From the NCBI GenBank assembly GCA_963674865.2, contig CAXXYE010000001.1:32001-96000 (forward strand): DNA of 64,000 nucleotides. Direction: 5' to 3'. Positions 47,501-58,097 of the stretch are shown here, piece by piece. Made by a program: the position numbers and the translations under genes. The notes beneath the pieces were generated by a model. The model saw only the letters and a list, made by a program, of their open reading frames with translations. It was not told where the DNA came from and ran no database searches. This stretch comes from Candidatus Hydrogenedentota bacterium. Its GTDB lineage: Bacteria > Hydrogenedentota > Hydrogenedentia > Hydrogenedentales > SLHB01. The first letter of the stretch is position 1. Every line of letters starts with the position of its first letter.

Positions 47501-48145
47501 CTGATAGAGTTTCAGGCCGTAGGCCCTGTCATACACCACCGCGATGTGCTGCCACTCGCCGTCGGCCCAGGTTGCCTCGGACGCATCGACGCGGTGGTAC
47601 TTCGAGAGCACGTCGCGTATATGCGCGCTGAGCCGGCCCTCCTTATCGACTTCAACCGTGAAGAGGTCGCGCTCCTTCCTGCCCCAGGCCACGCTGCCTT
47701 GCATGAAAACGATGCCGGGATGAAGCTTGTCTGTCTTCACCCAGAACGCTACCGTGCCACGATCTCCGTGGAAACCTCCCGCGCCCCAGTAATGCGGCTT
47801 CTTGTGCCATTCGCCCCACATCACCGCCACGATCAGGTCGCAGTCCAGCCCGGATTCATTCCATGTGCCTTTCGAGAACGCCGAACCATCCACTATGTGC
47901 AGGCAATTGCCGAACCGGCCCGGCTCGATGGCCAGTTTGCGCTCCGTCAGGCTCTCGCGGCCCATCCGGGCGTATCTGTCCGCCTGCGAGACGAAGTCTC
48001 GAAGCAGCTCGTCCTCGCTCTCGAATCCCAGGTGGAGGCACACGCCCTGTGGCCCGGCGGCGAGGGCTGGCGTTGGCCCTGGGTGCAGGCCGAGGAAGGC
48101 TAGGGCAGCGATAAGACAGGCGGAGGCTGGATGTAGCTTGAACAT
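44551..48145 (-). pseudogene. Secreted ~1200-aa LamG-like + CARDB protein split by two single-base frameshifts (pseudogene or assembly error)
   Basis: Three overlapping same-strand ORFs join into one when a base is restored near 46512 and another near 45924 (3595+2 nt = 1199 codons). Signal peptide at ATG 48145, LamG motifs (GTVAFWVK, WQHIAVVYD, YDEI), C-terminal CARDB-like segment (PDLAV, VTVHNIG, IEEIFEENN). Confidence 0.8.
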
Positions 48146-48186
48146 GGTGGTGTTCCCCTGTTGCGAACCGATTCCGCGAGCCGAAC

Positions 48187-49809
48187 CTATTCGACTCGTT
48201 CGCTCTCCGGGATGTGGATCAACATGACGGAGCACTGGCCGAACACGTCGCCCTTGGCCTCGCCCTTCTCGTGCTCGACGAAAGCGCCGTTCCAAAGCAC
48301 GAAGAGCCGCTCGCCCTTGTCGTCCAGCTTGATCGAGAAAGTGCCGCCCGGCGTGTAGCCGTACTTATCGAGATAGTAAGGGAACGTGAACGCGAGGACC
48401 TTCTTCTTGCCCGTCACGGTGTCGTATTGGATCACGGGCGAGCCGTCGGCATAGCCGTGGCCATGGGCACCCGGCAGATAGTAGATATATCTGCCACCCG
48501 GGCTCCGATCCATCGAGCACGTATAGCGCTGCTCGCCGCACCAGTTCGGGCCTTTGTCCACAATCTCTTCCTTGTCCGGATCAAACGTGAACAACTGGCC
48601 GCCGGAGGTCATGCACCAGAACAGGCCGTCCGGCCCACGGTGGCGTGTCTCCGCGCGCATCGGGGTGATCGTGCCTGGGCGGCCGCCCTTTGGGGAGGCC
48701 GTGCCCGTCATCGGCGGCAGGTGGCATTCGAGTTGGTAGAAGCGATTCTTGAAGGGATCGTACTTGATGACGTGCCGCTCCGGATCGGCCTCGCTGTCCC
48801 GGTTGGAGGTATACACCATGCCGGTGGTTTCGTCAATCAGGATGGCCCGCTCATACCACCCCATGCCTTTGGGCAGGTAGCCGGCCCACTTCGTCTTCTG
48901 CCGGTTCACGTCCCACGCCATGAACTCACCGAACATGCCGACGCCATACATGATGCCGCGTTTCGTGTCCATCCGGTGATAAGGCCACGACGCCCGCACC
49001 ATGGGGACGCCGTAGTCCACAATATCGCCCGTCATCACGTCGTAGCTCATGATGTGGCCGCCGTCATAGCCGGTTGCGTAGTCGTCCTCATCCGGTTCGG
49101 GGTATTTCGCCCAGTATGTGCAATACCACAGATGCAGCCCGTCAAGGTCCTTGCTCTGGTAGAAGTCGAGCCAGCCGTGAATCTTGCCTTCGGCGAACTG
49201 ATGCTTCGTTCGCCCAAGGACCTTATTCACCTCTGGCAGGCAGGCCACCGTTTTCGTTGCCGGGTTGTACTCGACAAGGAGAATGTGCGCATCGTACTTG
49301 GCATGATCGCCGACGGCCGAGTAGAACTTGCCCGTCCGCGTGTCGAAATTGGCCTGGCACCAGTTCGACCACGGCCCAGGCGTATTCGGGATCTTCGAGG
49401 TTGATTTCACGGGGGACTCGCCCAACCACATCGGCTCCACCGGTATCACGGCGAACTCGACGACGGGCGGCTCCTCAGCAATGACGTACTCGTCATTCGC
49501 CTGGGCCGTGTAATTCGGGTGAGGAGCGAGCATCTTAGCATCCTTGTCCACCACCACCTTACCGGTGTAGAGCAGCCCGGCCACGTCGAGCCGCTCCGCG
49601 ACCTCCTTCTTTTCCTGCTCCGAAGGATTCGGTGTTACCGGCGCTTCGACGGTTTCAATCCCCTCGTGGAGGACTCCCCAGCGGCCGACCGTTTCCGGTG
49701 CGGCCGTCAAGCGCGAGGTGTGGCAGCAGCCAAAGAAACTGAGGACAAAGGATGTGCAGACTGCGGTGCGAATTAGATACCTGCGTGCGTCAAGCATGAT
49801 AGCCTCCAT
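48187..49809 (-). CDS. Exported (probable lipoprotein) beta-propeller protein of unknown function
   Basis: Hydrophobic N-terminus ending FFGC, with repeated blade-like segments (LVEYNPAT, GKIHG, MSYDVMTG, IKYDP, FTFDP, SPGGRYIYY, IQYDTVTG). Confidence 0.65.
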   Translation of the reverse strand: MEAIMLDARRYLIRTAVCTSFVLSFFGCCHTSRLTAAPETVGRWGVLHEGIETVEAPVTPNPSEQEKKEVAERLDVAGLLYTGKVVVDKDAKMLAPHPNYTAQANDEYVIAEEPPVVEFAVIPVEPMWLGESPVKSTSKIPNTPGPWSNWCQANFDTRTGKFYSAVGDHAKYDAHILLVEYNPATKTVACLPEVNKVLGRTKHQFAEGKIHGWLDFYQSKDLDGLHLWYCTYWAKYPEPDEDDYATGYDGGHIMSYDVMTGDIVDYGVPMVRASWPYHRMDTKRGIMYGVGMFGEFMAWDVNRQKTKWAGYLPKGMGWYERAILIDETTGMVYTSNRDSEADPERHVIKYDPFKNRFYQLECHLPPMTGTASPKGGRPGTITPMRAETRHRGPDGLFWCMTSGGQLFTFDPDKEEIVDKGPNWCGEQRYTCSMDRSPGGRYIYYLPGAHGHGYADGSPVIQYDTVTGKKKVLAFTFPYYLDKYGYTPGGTFSIKLDDKGERLFVLWNGAFVEHEKGEAKGDVFGQCSVMLIHIPESERVE

Positions 49810-49886
49810 GATCTCGCCCCGTGTTCCTGCCTATCATAGCAGACGGCCGGTGCGCTCTCCTCGCCACCATGTAACGGCGGGCTTGT

Positions 49887-50954
49887 CTAGTCCCAAATCG
49901 ATTCGTCTGGAGCGAGCGGCAGTTCTACCGGCTTGCCCCGGCCTGCAGAAGCGTACATGGCCAGGGCGATCTCAAGCGAGTGACGGACTGTCGCAACCGG
50001 GATGATGACCTCGCGATCCTCTCTGATGGCGTCGATCATATCCTGGATAACAACCAAATGATCGTGGAAGCCGAAGTCGGCCGCTCCGCCGGCCGCCGTC
50101 GCCTGGACTTCCGAGCCCAGCCGCCGCACGGCCTCATCCTCGGCCCGTTCCTCCTGGAATGTCCAGGTGTGCATCTTCTCGCCGACCATGATGGCCGTAC
50201 CGCTCTCGCCGTTGATCTCGACTCGCAGATCCGTGCCCGGCCATAGGCCCGTCGAGGCTTGGACCACGCCTTGGGCGCCGTTCTCGTAGTCAAGGAAAGC
50301 CAGGAGCGTGTCCTCGAGGTCCACGCTTGGGTGAGACAGATTCTTCATTCGTGCTTCGACGCACTTCACCGGCCCCGCCAGGTATTGAACCAGGTCGATG
50401 TAATGAAATGCGTGCTGGATAGTCACCCCGGCGCCGGACTTCCGCGAGGAGCGCCACGCGTCCATGTGGTAGTAATCCGCGGGGCGGTACCATTTCATGT
50501 ACGTATCCGCGTGCAGCAGCCGCCCGAACCGGCCCGAATCGACTGCGCCCTTGATCGCCTGAATCGCCTCCCGGACGCGGCACTGCACCGTGCAGCCCAG
50601 CTTGACGTCCGCCTTCGCGCACGCATCGATCATCTCGTCGGCTTCGGCAAGCGACATGGCCGGCGGCTTCTCGCAAACCACGTGTTTCCCCGCTGCGGCG
50701 CACCGTAGTACGGCCTCATGATGCAAGTGGTTCGGCGTTGTCACGTTAACCACATCGACCTCGGGATCTTTCAAGAGGTCATCGAGGTCATAGTAAGCCT
50801 GCGTCTCGAACTCCTCCGCCCGTTTGTCGGCCCGGGCGTGGTCCAGATCGCAGATGGCGACTAGTCGGGCGCTGCGCGCTTCCTGGATGGATTTCGCGTG
50901 AAATGGGCACACGAGGCCCGCGCCGAGAATCCCGAAACCAAGAGTATCCGTCAT
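49887..50954 (-). CDS. Gfo/Idh/MocA family oxidoreductase (WlbA/WbpB-like subgroup)
   Basis: FGILGAG, TPNHLH, GKHVVCEKP, KWYRPADYY, HYIDL. Confidence 0.9.
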   Translation of the reverse strand: MTDTLGFGILGAGLVCPFHAKSIQEARSARLVAICDLDHARADKRAEEFETQAYYDLDDLLKDPEVDVVNVTTPNHLHHEAVLRCAAAGKHVVCEKPPAMSLAEADEMIDACAKADVKLGCTVQCRVREAIQAIKGAVDSGRFGRLLHADTYMKWYRPADYYHMDAWRSSRKSGAGVTIQHAFHYIDLVQYLAGPVKCVEARMKNLSHPSVDLEDTLLAFLDYENGAQGVVQASTGLWPGTDLRVEINGESGTAIMVGEKMHTWTFQEERAEDEAVRRLGSEVQATAAGGAADFGFHDHLVVIQDMIDAIREDREVIIPVATVRHSLEIALAMYASAGRGKPVELPLAPDESIWD

Positions 50955-50984
50955 CGTACCGCCTTTCCTTCCGTCGAACCCGTG

Positions 50985-52022
50985 CTATTCCGGAATCAAC
51001 ACACCCTTCAATGCCTTGAGTTGCTCTATGTCGTCGAAGACGCCTTCCCATTGAGACAGCGGCTCTCGGTGGGTGATCAGTTTCTCCGCCGGTACCTGGC
51101 CGCTGTGGATCAGGCTGATCGTTCTGTCCCAGGCCGCGTACATGGTGGAGAGATTGAAGACCACCTCGAGCACTTTGAAGGCGAACTTGTCCCACGGGAG
51201 CGTCACCTCCTGGTTTCCCGTGAGGCCGATGACACACACCTTGCCCATCTTGCGTGCCAGATCGCACGTGATGGGGATCGCCTTGGGCGATCCGCTGCAC
51301 TCGGCCACGATATCCGCCCCGATCCCGCCCGTGAGATCCATGACGGCCTCGACGGCGTTTGTCTCGCCGATGTTGATCAACGCGGTGAATCCGAGTTCCT
51401 CGGCCGCCTTGAAACGCAAGTCTACATCTCCCGGCGTGCCGATGAGCGCCACGTCACGCGCCCCGGCGGCCCGCGCTACCATGGCCGCCATCAGGCCGAT
51501 GGGGCCGGGCCCCTGCACAACGACGAAGTCACCCGGCGTGATGCCTGTGCGGAGGAGCAGGTCCGTCACGGTGTTCGCGACGGGCTCGACCACCACGGCT
51601 TGCTCCCACGTCATGTCCCCGGGGATGCGGTGCAGCAGGCGTTCGGGATAGCAGATGTAGCGCGCCATACCGCCGTCGATGCCCCAGCCCGGCGAGCGTT
51701 TCTCCGGGCAGATCTGGATGTTCCCCGTCCGGCACAGGTAGCAATGACCGCAAGCCCGCGTGTGCGGCTCGGCAACCACGCGATCACCCACGTCATAGTT
51801 TGTGCAGCCTTCGCCCAACTCGACGACGGTACCTGTGAATTCGTGCCCGAGAATCACCGGGGGCCAGTACGGGAACGTGTCATGGCGCACGTGGATATCC
51901 GAGCCGCAGATGCCGCAGGCCGCCACCTCGATCTTTACTTCGCCCGCGCAGGGACTAGGCTCCTCAACATCCCGCACCTCGATGAATCCGACGCCCTTCT
52001 GCGTTTTGACAAGTGCTTTCAT
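50985..52022 (-). CDS. Zinc-dependent medium-chain dehydrogenase (sorbitol/threonine dehydrogenase-like)
   Basis: GICGSD, GHE, CGHCYLC...C, GPGPIG. ATG 52022 overlaps the upstream stop (ATGA). Confidence 0.92.
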   Translation of the reverse strand: MKALVKTQKGVGFIEVRDVEEPSPCAGEVKIEVAACGICGSDIHVRHDTFPYWPPVILGHEFTGTVVELGEGCTNYDVGDRVVAEPHTRACGHCYLCRTGNIQICPEKRSPGWGIDGGMARYICYPERLLHRIPGDMTWEQAVVVEPVANTVTDLLLRTGITPGDFVVVQGPGPIGLMAAMVARAAGARDVALIGTPGDVDLRFKAAEELGFTALINIGETNAVEAVMDLTGGIGADIVAECSGSPKAIPITCDLARKMGKVCVIGLTGNQEVTLPWDKFAFKVLEVVFNLSTMYAAWDRTISLIHSGQVPAEKLITHREPLSQWEGVFDDIEQLKALKGVLIPE

Positions 52023-53269
52023 GACTGCTCCACTTCGCAATAGTCCGTCAGAAACGTGACGAAGGTCTCCGCGGCATGGGCGATCTCGCTCAAAGCGATT
52101 TGTTCCTCTTTCGTATGGGCCATGCTGAGTGTGCCGGGGCCGTAAACCACCGTCGGAATCCCAAGCTGGTTGTTATAGAACCACGCATCACAGGACGCCG
52201 TCATCGCATCGATTCGCGCCGGTGCTTCGGCCTTCTCCGCCGCCCGCAATAGCGCCTGCGGGAGATCATGGGCCGGTTCGAGCACGCTGCTGTCGTGCCG
52301 GTACGTGAACGTCAGGTCGAAGTCCTCCGCCGACAGGTTCGCGCCGCTGCCGATAAGAGCCTCGCGCATCTCCCGGCAGACCTCCTCCTTCGTCTTGTTC
52401 GGCAAGAGTCCCAGCACGCCCTCGAGAACCGCGCGGCTCGGCGCCGCCGCCGGCCAATTCCCCGCCTGAAGCCGCCCAAAGGTGATCGGCATCGGATTAG
52501 GATATGGATCAAACAGCGGGATGCCGCGCGAAGCCGCCAGCAAGCCCGCGTGGTACTTCTCGAGCACGGCGATGGCGTCCCTCGCCATCAGCAGCGCGCT
52601 CCGCGTTCGCCCGGCTTGGCCGCTATGGCCGGCCTTTCCCTTGAACTCGATGCGAAACCACACCGCGCCGCGAATCGAGGTAAACACTTTGTTGTCCGTC
52701 GGTTCAAGTACGATGCAGCCGTCGGCGCGCTCTCCGGCGCGGATCATCGCCAGGCTGCCGTTGCCGCCGTTCTCCTCCTCGCACACCAGGTGTGCGGCCA
52801 CATCGCCCCGGAGGCGCACGTCCAACGCGTCCAAAGCCTTCAGCGTCAGGTAGATCGACGCCAAGGGGCCTTTGTCGTCGCACGCGCCTCGCCCGTAGAC
52901 GATGCCATCCTCGACGCGGCCTGCCCACGGCGCCTCCATGCCCTCCGACGGCGGCACGACATCCGTGTGGGCGTTGAAAACGAGGGTTTTCCCCCCGCCG
53001 GTGCCTTTACGGCGCACACGGAGGTTGAACCGGCCCTCGTAACCCAAGTCGGGAATTGGGCTGCTGTAGTCCGGGTCGGCGCGAAGCGCGTCCGACATCG
53101 GGACGCGCTCCACCTCTACGCCCATCCCCTTGAACGCCTCTTCGAGGAAGAGCATCGCCTCATGCTCATTGCCCGACGTCGAGCGATACGTCATGAACTC
53201 GCAGAGGAATCGCTCGGCCTCTGGCAGGAGGCGTCTGACAACATTCCGAACTTGGATATCTTCTGTCAT
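52019..53269 (-). CDS. ArgE/DapE family (M20) deacylase
   Basis: NAHTDVVP, YGRGACDDKG, EEENGGNG, EPT, GKAGH, YGPG, AHTKEE. Confidence 0.92.
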   Translation of the reverse strand: MTEDIQVRNVVRRLLPEAERFLCEFMTYRSTSGNEHEAMLFLEEAFKGMGVEVERVPMSDALRADPDYSSPIPDLGYEGRFNLRVRRKGTGGGKTLVFNAHTDVVPPSEGMEAPWAGRVEDGIVYGRGACDDKGPLASIYLTLKALDALDVRLRGDVAAHLVCEEENGGNGSLAMIRAGERADGCIVLEPTDNKVFTSIRGAVWFRIEFKGKAGHSGQAGRTRSALLMARDAIAVLEKYHAGLLAASRGIPLFDPYPNPMPITFGRLQAGNWPAAAPSRAVLEGVLGLLPNKTKEEVCREMREALIGSGANLSAEDFDLTFTYRHDSSVLEPAHDLPQALLRAAEKAEAPARIDAMTASCDAWFYNNQLGIPTVVYGPGTLSMAHTKEEQIALSEIAHAAETFVTFLTDYCEVEQS

Positions 53270-53434
53270 TTCCTGGGCACGCCTCTCTTTCGTCTCTTGC
53301 GGCTTGGCCGACTCATTGAAGATTCCCGCGAGGTATCGGGACTCTCTTTACATGCGTCTAGCGGAAAGCCCGCCGCGACCTCAGATAGTCCAAATCGCTC
53401 TAGGTACCTCTGCTGCAATGTCGCCAGGCCAGGA

Positions 53435-54757
53435 CTAGAGCCGGATGCTTGTCAGTACCTTCCGCATGATCTCCAGGCTTTCGTCCGCCTCTTCCTGCGT
53501 GATCACCAGCGGCGGGGCCACCCGGATCACGTTGCCGTAAACGCCTACCGATCCCACCAGCAGGCCGTTATTGGCGCAATTCTCGATAATCGGCCGGATA
53601 AGCTCGGGCGCAGGTTCTTTCGACGCCTTGTCCTTCACGAATTCGAGGCCCATTACCAGGCCCATCCCGCGGACGTCGCCAAGATAGGGACAGTCCTCAG
53701 CGATAGACTCAAGTCCTTTCTTCAGATAGGCGCCCATCTTGGCCGAGTTGCCGACGAGATCCACCTGCTCATAGATGTCGAGCACGGCCGATACCGCCGC
53801 GCTGGCTACTGGATTGCCGCCCAGCGTGCTCGACATCTCGCCTTTGCTAAGGCACGAGAACACATCGGACGTTGCCGCCACCGCCGAGACGGGAACGCCG
53901 CACCCGATGGCCTTTCCGATTGCCACGATGTCCGGTTTGAGGCCCTCGTGTTCCATGGCCCACATCATGCCGGTTCGCCCGTACGAAGCCTGGACCTCGT
54001 CCAGCGTGAAGAGCAGGCCGTTGGCGCGTATCCATTCCTCAAGCTTCTTGAGCCAGCCTTCCGGCGGGAAGATGAATCCGGCTGCGCCCTGGTACGGCTC
54101 TACGATCATGCCCGCGAGGCTGCCCGTTGAATTCGCCCGTATCACCGACTCCATGTGCGCGAAGTACTTCTTGAAGGCGGGGCCGTCATCGCACCACCCG
54201 TAGGGATCTCGATAAGGATTGGGGAAGGGCACGCGGAGCGAGCCGGGAATCGTCGGCCCGTATCCCCGCTTCGGTCCTGCCATGCCGCCCATTGCCGCCG
54301 CGCTCGACGTGCGGCCATGAAAGCCGCCCTCGAAGCTGATGACCTCAAACTTGCCCGTCCGCCGCTTCATAAGCCGGCTTGCGGCCTCGGTGACCTCGCT
54401 GCCCGTGCTCAGAAAGAAGCACTTGTCCAGATGCTTGGGCAGGGCGTCCACCAGCCGCTTGGCCGCGTGGATGCGCTGGACGTTCGCGCACTCGTAGTTG
54501 TTGAGCAGTTGGGCGCTCGCCTCTTGCGTCTTTCTGACGAGGTGCGGGTGGCAATGCCCCACGTTCGTTACCAGCACCCCCGAAGTCCAGTCGATATACG
54601 TATTCCCATCGACGTCCGTCACGACGCACCCGCGGCCCGATTCCCACACTACTGGGGCCTGAAAACCAACCACGTCCGCCTCGTACCGGTGCCATTCGTC
54701 GAGGAGCTGCTTACCTTTCGGCCCTGGGAGCGGGCCGTCTACGTGCGTGATGCTCAT
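53435..54757 (-). CDS. Class III PLP-dependent aminotransferase (GabT-like)
   Basis: DVDGNTYID, NVGH, STGSE, GGFHGRT, EPYQG, DEVQ, GKAIG, STLGGNP, VRGMGL. Confidence 0.93.
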   Translation of the reverse strand: MSITHVDGPLPGPKGKQLLDEWHRYEADVVGFQAPVVWESGRGCVVTDVDGNTYIDWTSGVLVTNVGHCHPHLVRKTQEASAQLLNNYECANVQRIHAAKRLVDALPKHLDKCFFLSTGSEVTEAASRLMKRRTGKFEVISFEGGFHGRTSSAAAMGGMAGPKRGYGPTIPGSLRVPFPNPYRDPYGWCDDGPAFKKYFAHMESVIRANSTGSLAGMIVEPYQGAAGFIFPPEGWLKKLEEWIRANGLLFTLDEVQASYGRTGMMWAMEHEGLKPDIVAIGKAIGCGVPVSAVAATSDVFSCLSKGEMSSTLGGNPVASAAVSAVLDIYEQVDLVGNSAKMGAYLKKGLESIAEDCPYLGDVRGMGLVMGLEFVKDKASKEPAPELIRPIIENCANNGLLVGSVGVYGNVIRVAPPLVITQEEADESLEIMRKVLTSIRL

Positions 54758-55761
54758 TGGCTGCCTTCTTCCTCCAGTACTTCCGGATTAACGACGCAAC
54801 GGGCCGGCCGGCCCTCGGCGAAGGCCAGGATATCGTCCAGGATGCTCTTGCGGATCTCCTGGCCCGCTTCCTCCGATGCCCACGCCATATGCGGCGACAA
54901 GACGACGTTCTCCAGTCCGAATAACGGATAGTCCGGCGGCGGGGGCTCGACGTCATACACATCGATCGCGGCGCCGGCGATGTGGCGTGCCTTGAGTGCC
55001 TCGGCCAGCGCGTCGGCGTCTACCATGCCGCCACGCGATGTGTTGACGAGATATGCCGTTGGCTTCATCCAGTCCAACGACGTGGCGTTGACGATATGTC
55101 GCGTCTCATCCGTCAGTGGCGTGTGGACGGTGATGTAGTCCGCCGTTCGGAAAAGCTCCTCACGCGGTACAAGCGGGATGCCCAACTCCTTGATCCGCTC
55201 TTCGCTGAGGTAAGGGTCGCAGCCGATGATGCTGAAGCCGAAGCTTTTCAGCTTGAGATACACCCGGCTGCCGATGCGGCCCACTCCGACAATTCCCAGC
55301 GTCTTGCCTTCCAGCCGGTACACGGGGAAGAGATCCGAGAAGTCCCACTGGCCCTTTGCGCTGGACTCATCGAGCGTCTTGCGCCCCCAGACGACCTTGC
55401 GCGCGCACGCGAAGATCAAGGCGATGGCGTGCTCCGCCACGTCCACCTTGCAGTAGTCCGGCTGGTACGCGAACTGGATGCCCAGCCGCGTGCACGCCTC
55501 CACGTCCACGTTGTCGTAACCGATCCCGTGGCGGATCAGCAGCTTGCACGCCTTCAGCCGCGACAGCAGCGACTCCGTCATCTTCACCATATTGACGACG
55601 ACTACATCCGCGTCGCCGATGGCTTCGACGACCTCGTCTTCCGGCCGGAATTTGAGCTGATACGCCGCGAAGTCTATCCCGCGCTTCGCCAGTTCCTCGG
55701 CCTCCCAGTCGAGGTTGTCCTCGATGTAATCGGTGACCACAACTTTTACTCGTTCACTCAT
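54754..55761 (-). CDS. D-2-hydroxyacid dehydrogenase (CtBP-like subfamily)
   Basis: GIGYDNVD, PDYC, VAEH, GVGRIG, HTPLT, NTSRG, DVYDVEP, SPHMAW. Confidence 0.93.
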   Translation of the reverse strand: MSERVKVVVTDYIEDNLDWEAEELAKRGIDFAAYQLKFRPEDEVVEAIGDADVVVVNMVKMTESLLSRLKACKLLIRHGIGYDNVDVEACTRLGIQFAYQPDYCKVDVAEHAIALIFACARKVVWGRKTLDESSAKGQWDFSDLFPVYRLEGKTLGIVGVGRIGSRVYLKLKSFGFSIIGCDPYLSEERIKELGIPLVPREELFRTADYITVHTPLTDETRHIVNATSLDWMKPTAYLVNTSRGGMVDADALAEALKARHIAGAAIDVYDVEPPPPDYPLFGLENVVLSPHMAWASEEAGQEIRKSILDDILAFAEGRPARCVVNPEVLEEEGSQ

Positions 55762-55804
55762 TCGATGCTCGTATCCTTTCTCAATGGCCGGTCCTTGTCC
55801 GTCT

Positions 55805-56878
55805 TCAACGGCGGACCTTGGCCCATCGCTTCTCGTTGGCGGATCGATACACCGCCTCTACGACTTTCAAAACCGCAACGGCGTCCTCGCCGGTGATGAA
55901 GGGCATCGCATTCTTGCGAATCGCCTCCGCGAACCCGCGCACGTATTCATAGCCCATGAAGCCGCCGTAACCGGCTACGCGCTCCAGCGTGAACTCCTGC
56001 TGGCGTATCGGCGCGCCCGCGAATTCCGGCGCGTCGCTGCACACTTGTAGCACGTCGGCTTCCCCTTCAAAAGCCGGCGCCCACGACAGCACACCTTTCG
56101 TGCCGCGCACCGACAGGTAGAGATCGCGCCCGTGCGGATATGCGTCCGGCACGGTGTAGCTGATATCGAGCGCCAGAATCGTGCCCTTCGAGAAGCGCAG
56201 ATGTGCGTACGAATTGTCCTCGATGGCATAGCGTTGGTTCACTTTCACGTTCTGTCCCGACACCTCGACGACTTCGTCGCCGAGCATCCATCGGAAGAGG
56301 TCGATCCAATGCACGCCCAGGTTGTAGATCGGCCCGCCGCCCGAACGCTTCGGATCGAGCATCCAGGCTGCGTTCCCTTGGATGTATCGCTCGACGCGTC
56401 CCGCGGCGCACCGGCCTTCGGCGCCCACCACGCGGCCCACGGCCCCGCTCTCGATGAGCCGCTTGAACTCCACGGCCGCCGGATGAAGGCGCCAGCAGTA
56501 GCCCGTCGTCATCTTCACGCCCGCGGCGTGGGCGGCCCGCGCGACGCGCGCCGCGCCCTTCGCGTCCGCCGCTACGGGCTTCTCCACCATCAGGTGCACG
56601 CCTTTCCTGGCGCACGCGGAAGCCGCGGCCGGGCACTCATCGTGGGGAAGGAAGATGGCCGCGATGTCCAGTTCCTCGGCCTTCAGCATCGCGCCGAGTT
56701 CGGCGTAGCCCCTAAGGCCGAAGTCGGCGCAGAAAGGCTCCCGGAGCTTCTTGTCGGCTTCGGCCACGGCAACGATCTCTGTGGCCGGTACGGCATCGAA
56801 CAACGGCATGTATAGCCGGGGGTGCAGATGCCCCAGCCCGACAATTCCCACGTTAAGCACGCGTTTCTTCGCTGTCAT
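55805..56878 (-). CDS. Gfo/Idh/MocA family oxidoreductase
   Basis: Start moved to ATG 56878. VGIVGLG, MVEKP, SGGGPIYNLGVHWID. Confidence 0.9.
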   Translation of the reverse strand: MTAKKRVLNVGIVGLGHLHPRLYMPLFDAVPATEIVAVAEADKKLREPFCADFGLRGYAELGAMLKAEELDIAAIFLPHDECPAAASACARKGVHLMVEKPVAADAKGAARVARAAHAAGVKMTTGYCWRLHPAAVEFKRLIESGAVGRVVGAEGRCAAGRVERYIQGNAAWMLDPKRSGGGPIYNLGVHWIDLFRWMLGDEVVEVSGQNVKVNQRYAIEDNSYAHLRFSKGTILALDISYTVPDAYPHGRDLYLSVRGTKGVLSWAPAFEGEADVLQVCSDAPEFAGAPIRQQEFTLERVAGYGGFMGYEYVRGFAEAIRKNAMPFITGEDAVAVLKVVEAVYRSANEKRWAKVRR

Positions 56879-56915
56879 GGCTGCTCTCCCAAGCGCGCGG
56901 GCGGCGTGGCCCAGG

Positions 56916-58097
56916 TTATAGTCTTGCGACCTCGACCTCTTCTCCGTTCCGCTCATCCGAAAGATACGCGGCGTAGATCGCCGCCGTCGTGTCCAAGGCC
57001 AGATCGAGGCCCGATTGCGGCTCCGAGCCCGTCGCTGCGCACATGATGAAATCCTGTAGTTCGCTCTGGTACCCCATGGTGAAATGCTCGTCACACGGCG
57101 AAGGCGACCACCCTTCCTGGGTGCTGGCCTTCTCGACGAGGTACACGTCGGCAAACTGTTCGCCCCGCGGATTGTACGTGTCAACCACATGGACGGGACT
57201 GATGCGGCACTGCGTCCGATGATTGTTCGCAAACACCTCGATGTAATCGTACACCCCGCCGAGGACGATTTCGCTTGTCATCACATCGCAGACGGTGCCG
57301 TCCTCAAACGTCACGTGCATGAATCCATAGTCCTCGATATCGTGGTAGTCCGTCCGTAGGAAGCCTGCGTCGCGGTACTCCGGCAGGCGCGTGAGTTGGT
57401 GTGTTCTTCCGGAGACGGCCTTCGGCCGGATCGGAGCGCCTCCCCGCGTTAGGCCTTCCACGCGCTTCAAGTACAACATCCCCGTCAGCGGGTGGCAGCC
57501 TTTCCCGATCAGTGAGCCACCGCCGCTGTAACGCCAGATGCCGTACACCGGCGACGCCGAACCCTTGTGTGATTCCTCGCCCACCATTCGGAGCACCTGT
57601 GCCCCCGATTTCTCGATGATCTCACGTTCTTTCTGTACGCTCGGCGTATAGACGAAGTTCTCCGCGTAACCGAAGAAGATACCGGACTCGCGAACGGCCG
57701 CCCCGATACGTCCCAGACGGGCGACTACCTCCTCGAACATCGCCTTCTTGGGCGCTGTGTCGCCGCGGTACGCGTCATCCGCATCTTCCGGGCCGAAATA
57801 GCCTGTCAGCGGCTTCTCGCAGATGACCCCCTTGCCTCGGCGTGCCGCCTCGATGATAGCCTCCTCATGCGCGTATGGCGGCGAGCAGACGTCGATCACA
57901 TCCACGTGCTCCAGCATCGCTTCGACGCTGTCGTAGACGGGAACGCCGTGTTCCTGCCCGAATGCCGCCCGGCGTTTCTCCCGCAAGGAGGTCACGCCGG
58001 CCACCTCCAGGTCGACGCCGTATACTCGTTCAAGACACTCATGATGGTATGCACCGGCCATTCCAACGCCCACAATGCCCACTCTCAGCCTGCTCAT
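56916..58097 (-). CDS. Gfo/Idh/MocA family oxidoreductase
   Basis: VGIVGVG, ICEKPLTGYFG, YAEN, EESHKGS, GGGSLIGKGCHP. Confidence 0.9.
   Translation of the reverse strand: MSRLRVGIVGVGMAGAYHHECLERVYGVDLEVAGVTSLREKRRAAFGQEHGVPVYDSVEAMLEHVDVIDVCSPPYAHEEAIIEAARRGKGVICEKPLTGYFGPEDADDAYRGDTAPKKAMFEEVVARLGRIGAAVRESGIFFGYAENFVYTPSVQKEREIIEKSGAQVLRMVGEESHKGSASPVYGIWRYSGGGSLIGKGCHPLTGMLYLKRVEGLTRGGAPIRPKAVSGRTHQLTRLPEYRDAGFLRTDYHDIEDYGFMHVTFEDGTVCDVMTSEIVLGGVYDYIEVFANNHRTQCRISPVHVVDTYNPRGEQFADVYLVEKASTQEGWSPSPCDEHFTMGYQSELQDFIMCAATGSEPQSGLDLALDTTAAIYAAYLSDERNGEEVEVARL

Noticed and set aside
52268..54130. 620-aa plus-strand ORF, and similar long antisense ORFs (2675-3871, 48214-49404, 50898-52043, 38379-39374)
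   Set aside because: They are shadows of well-supported opposite-strand genes, as expected in GC-rich DNA, and show no recognisable motifs.
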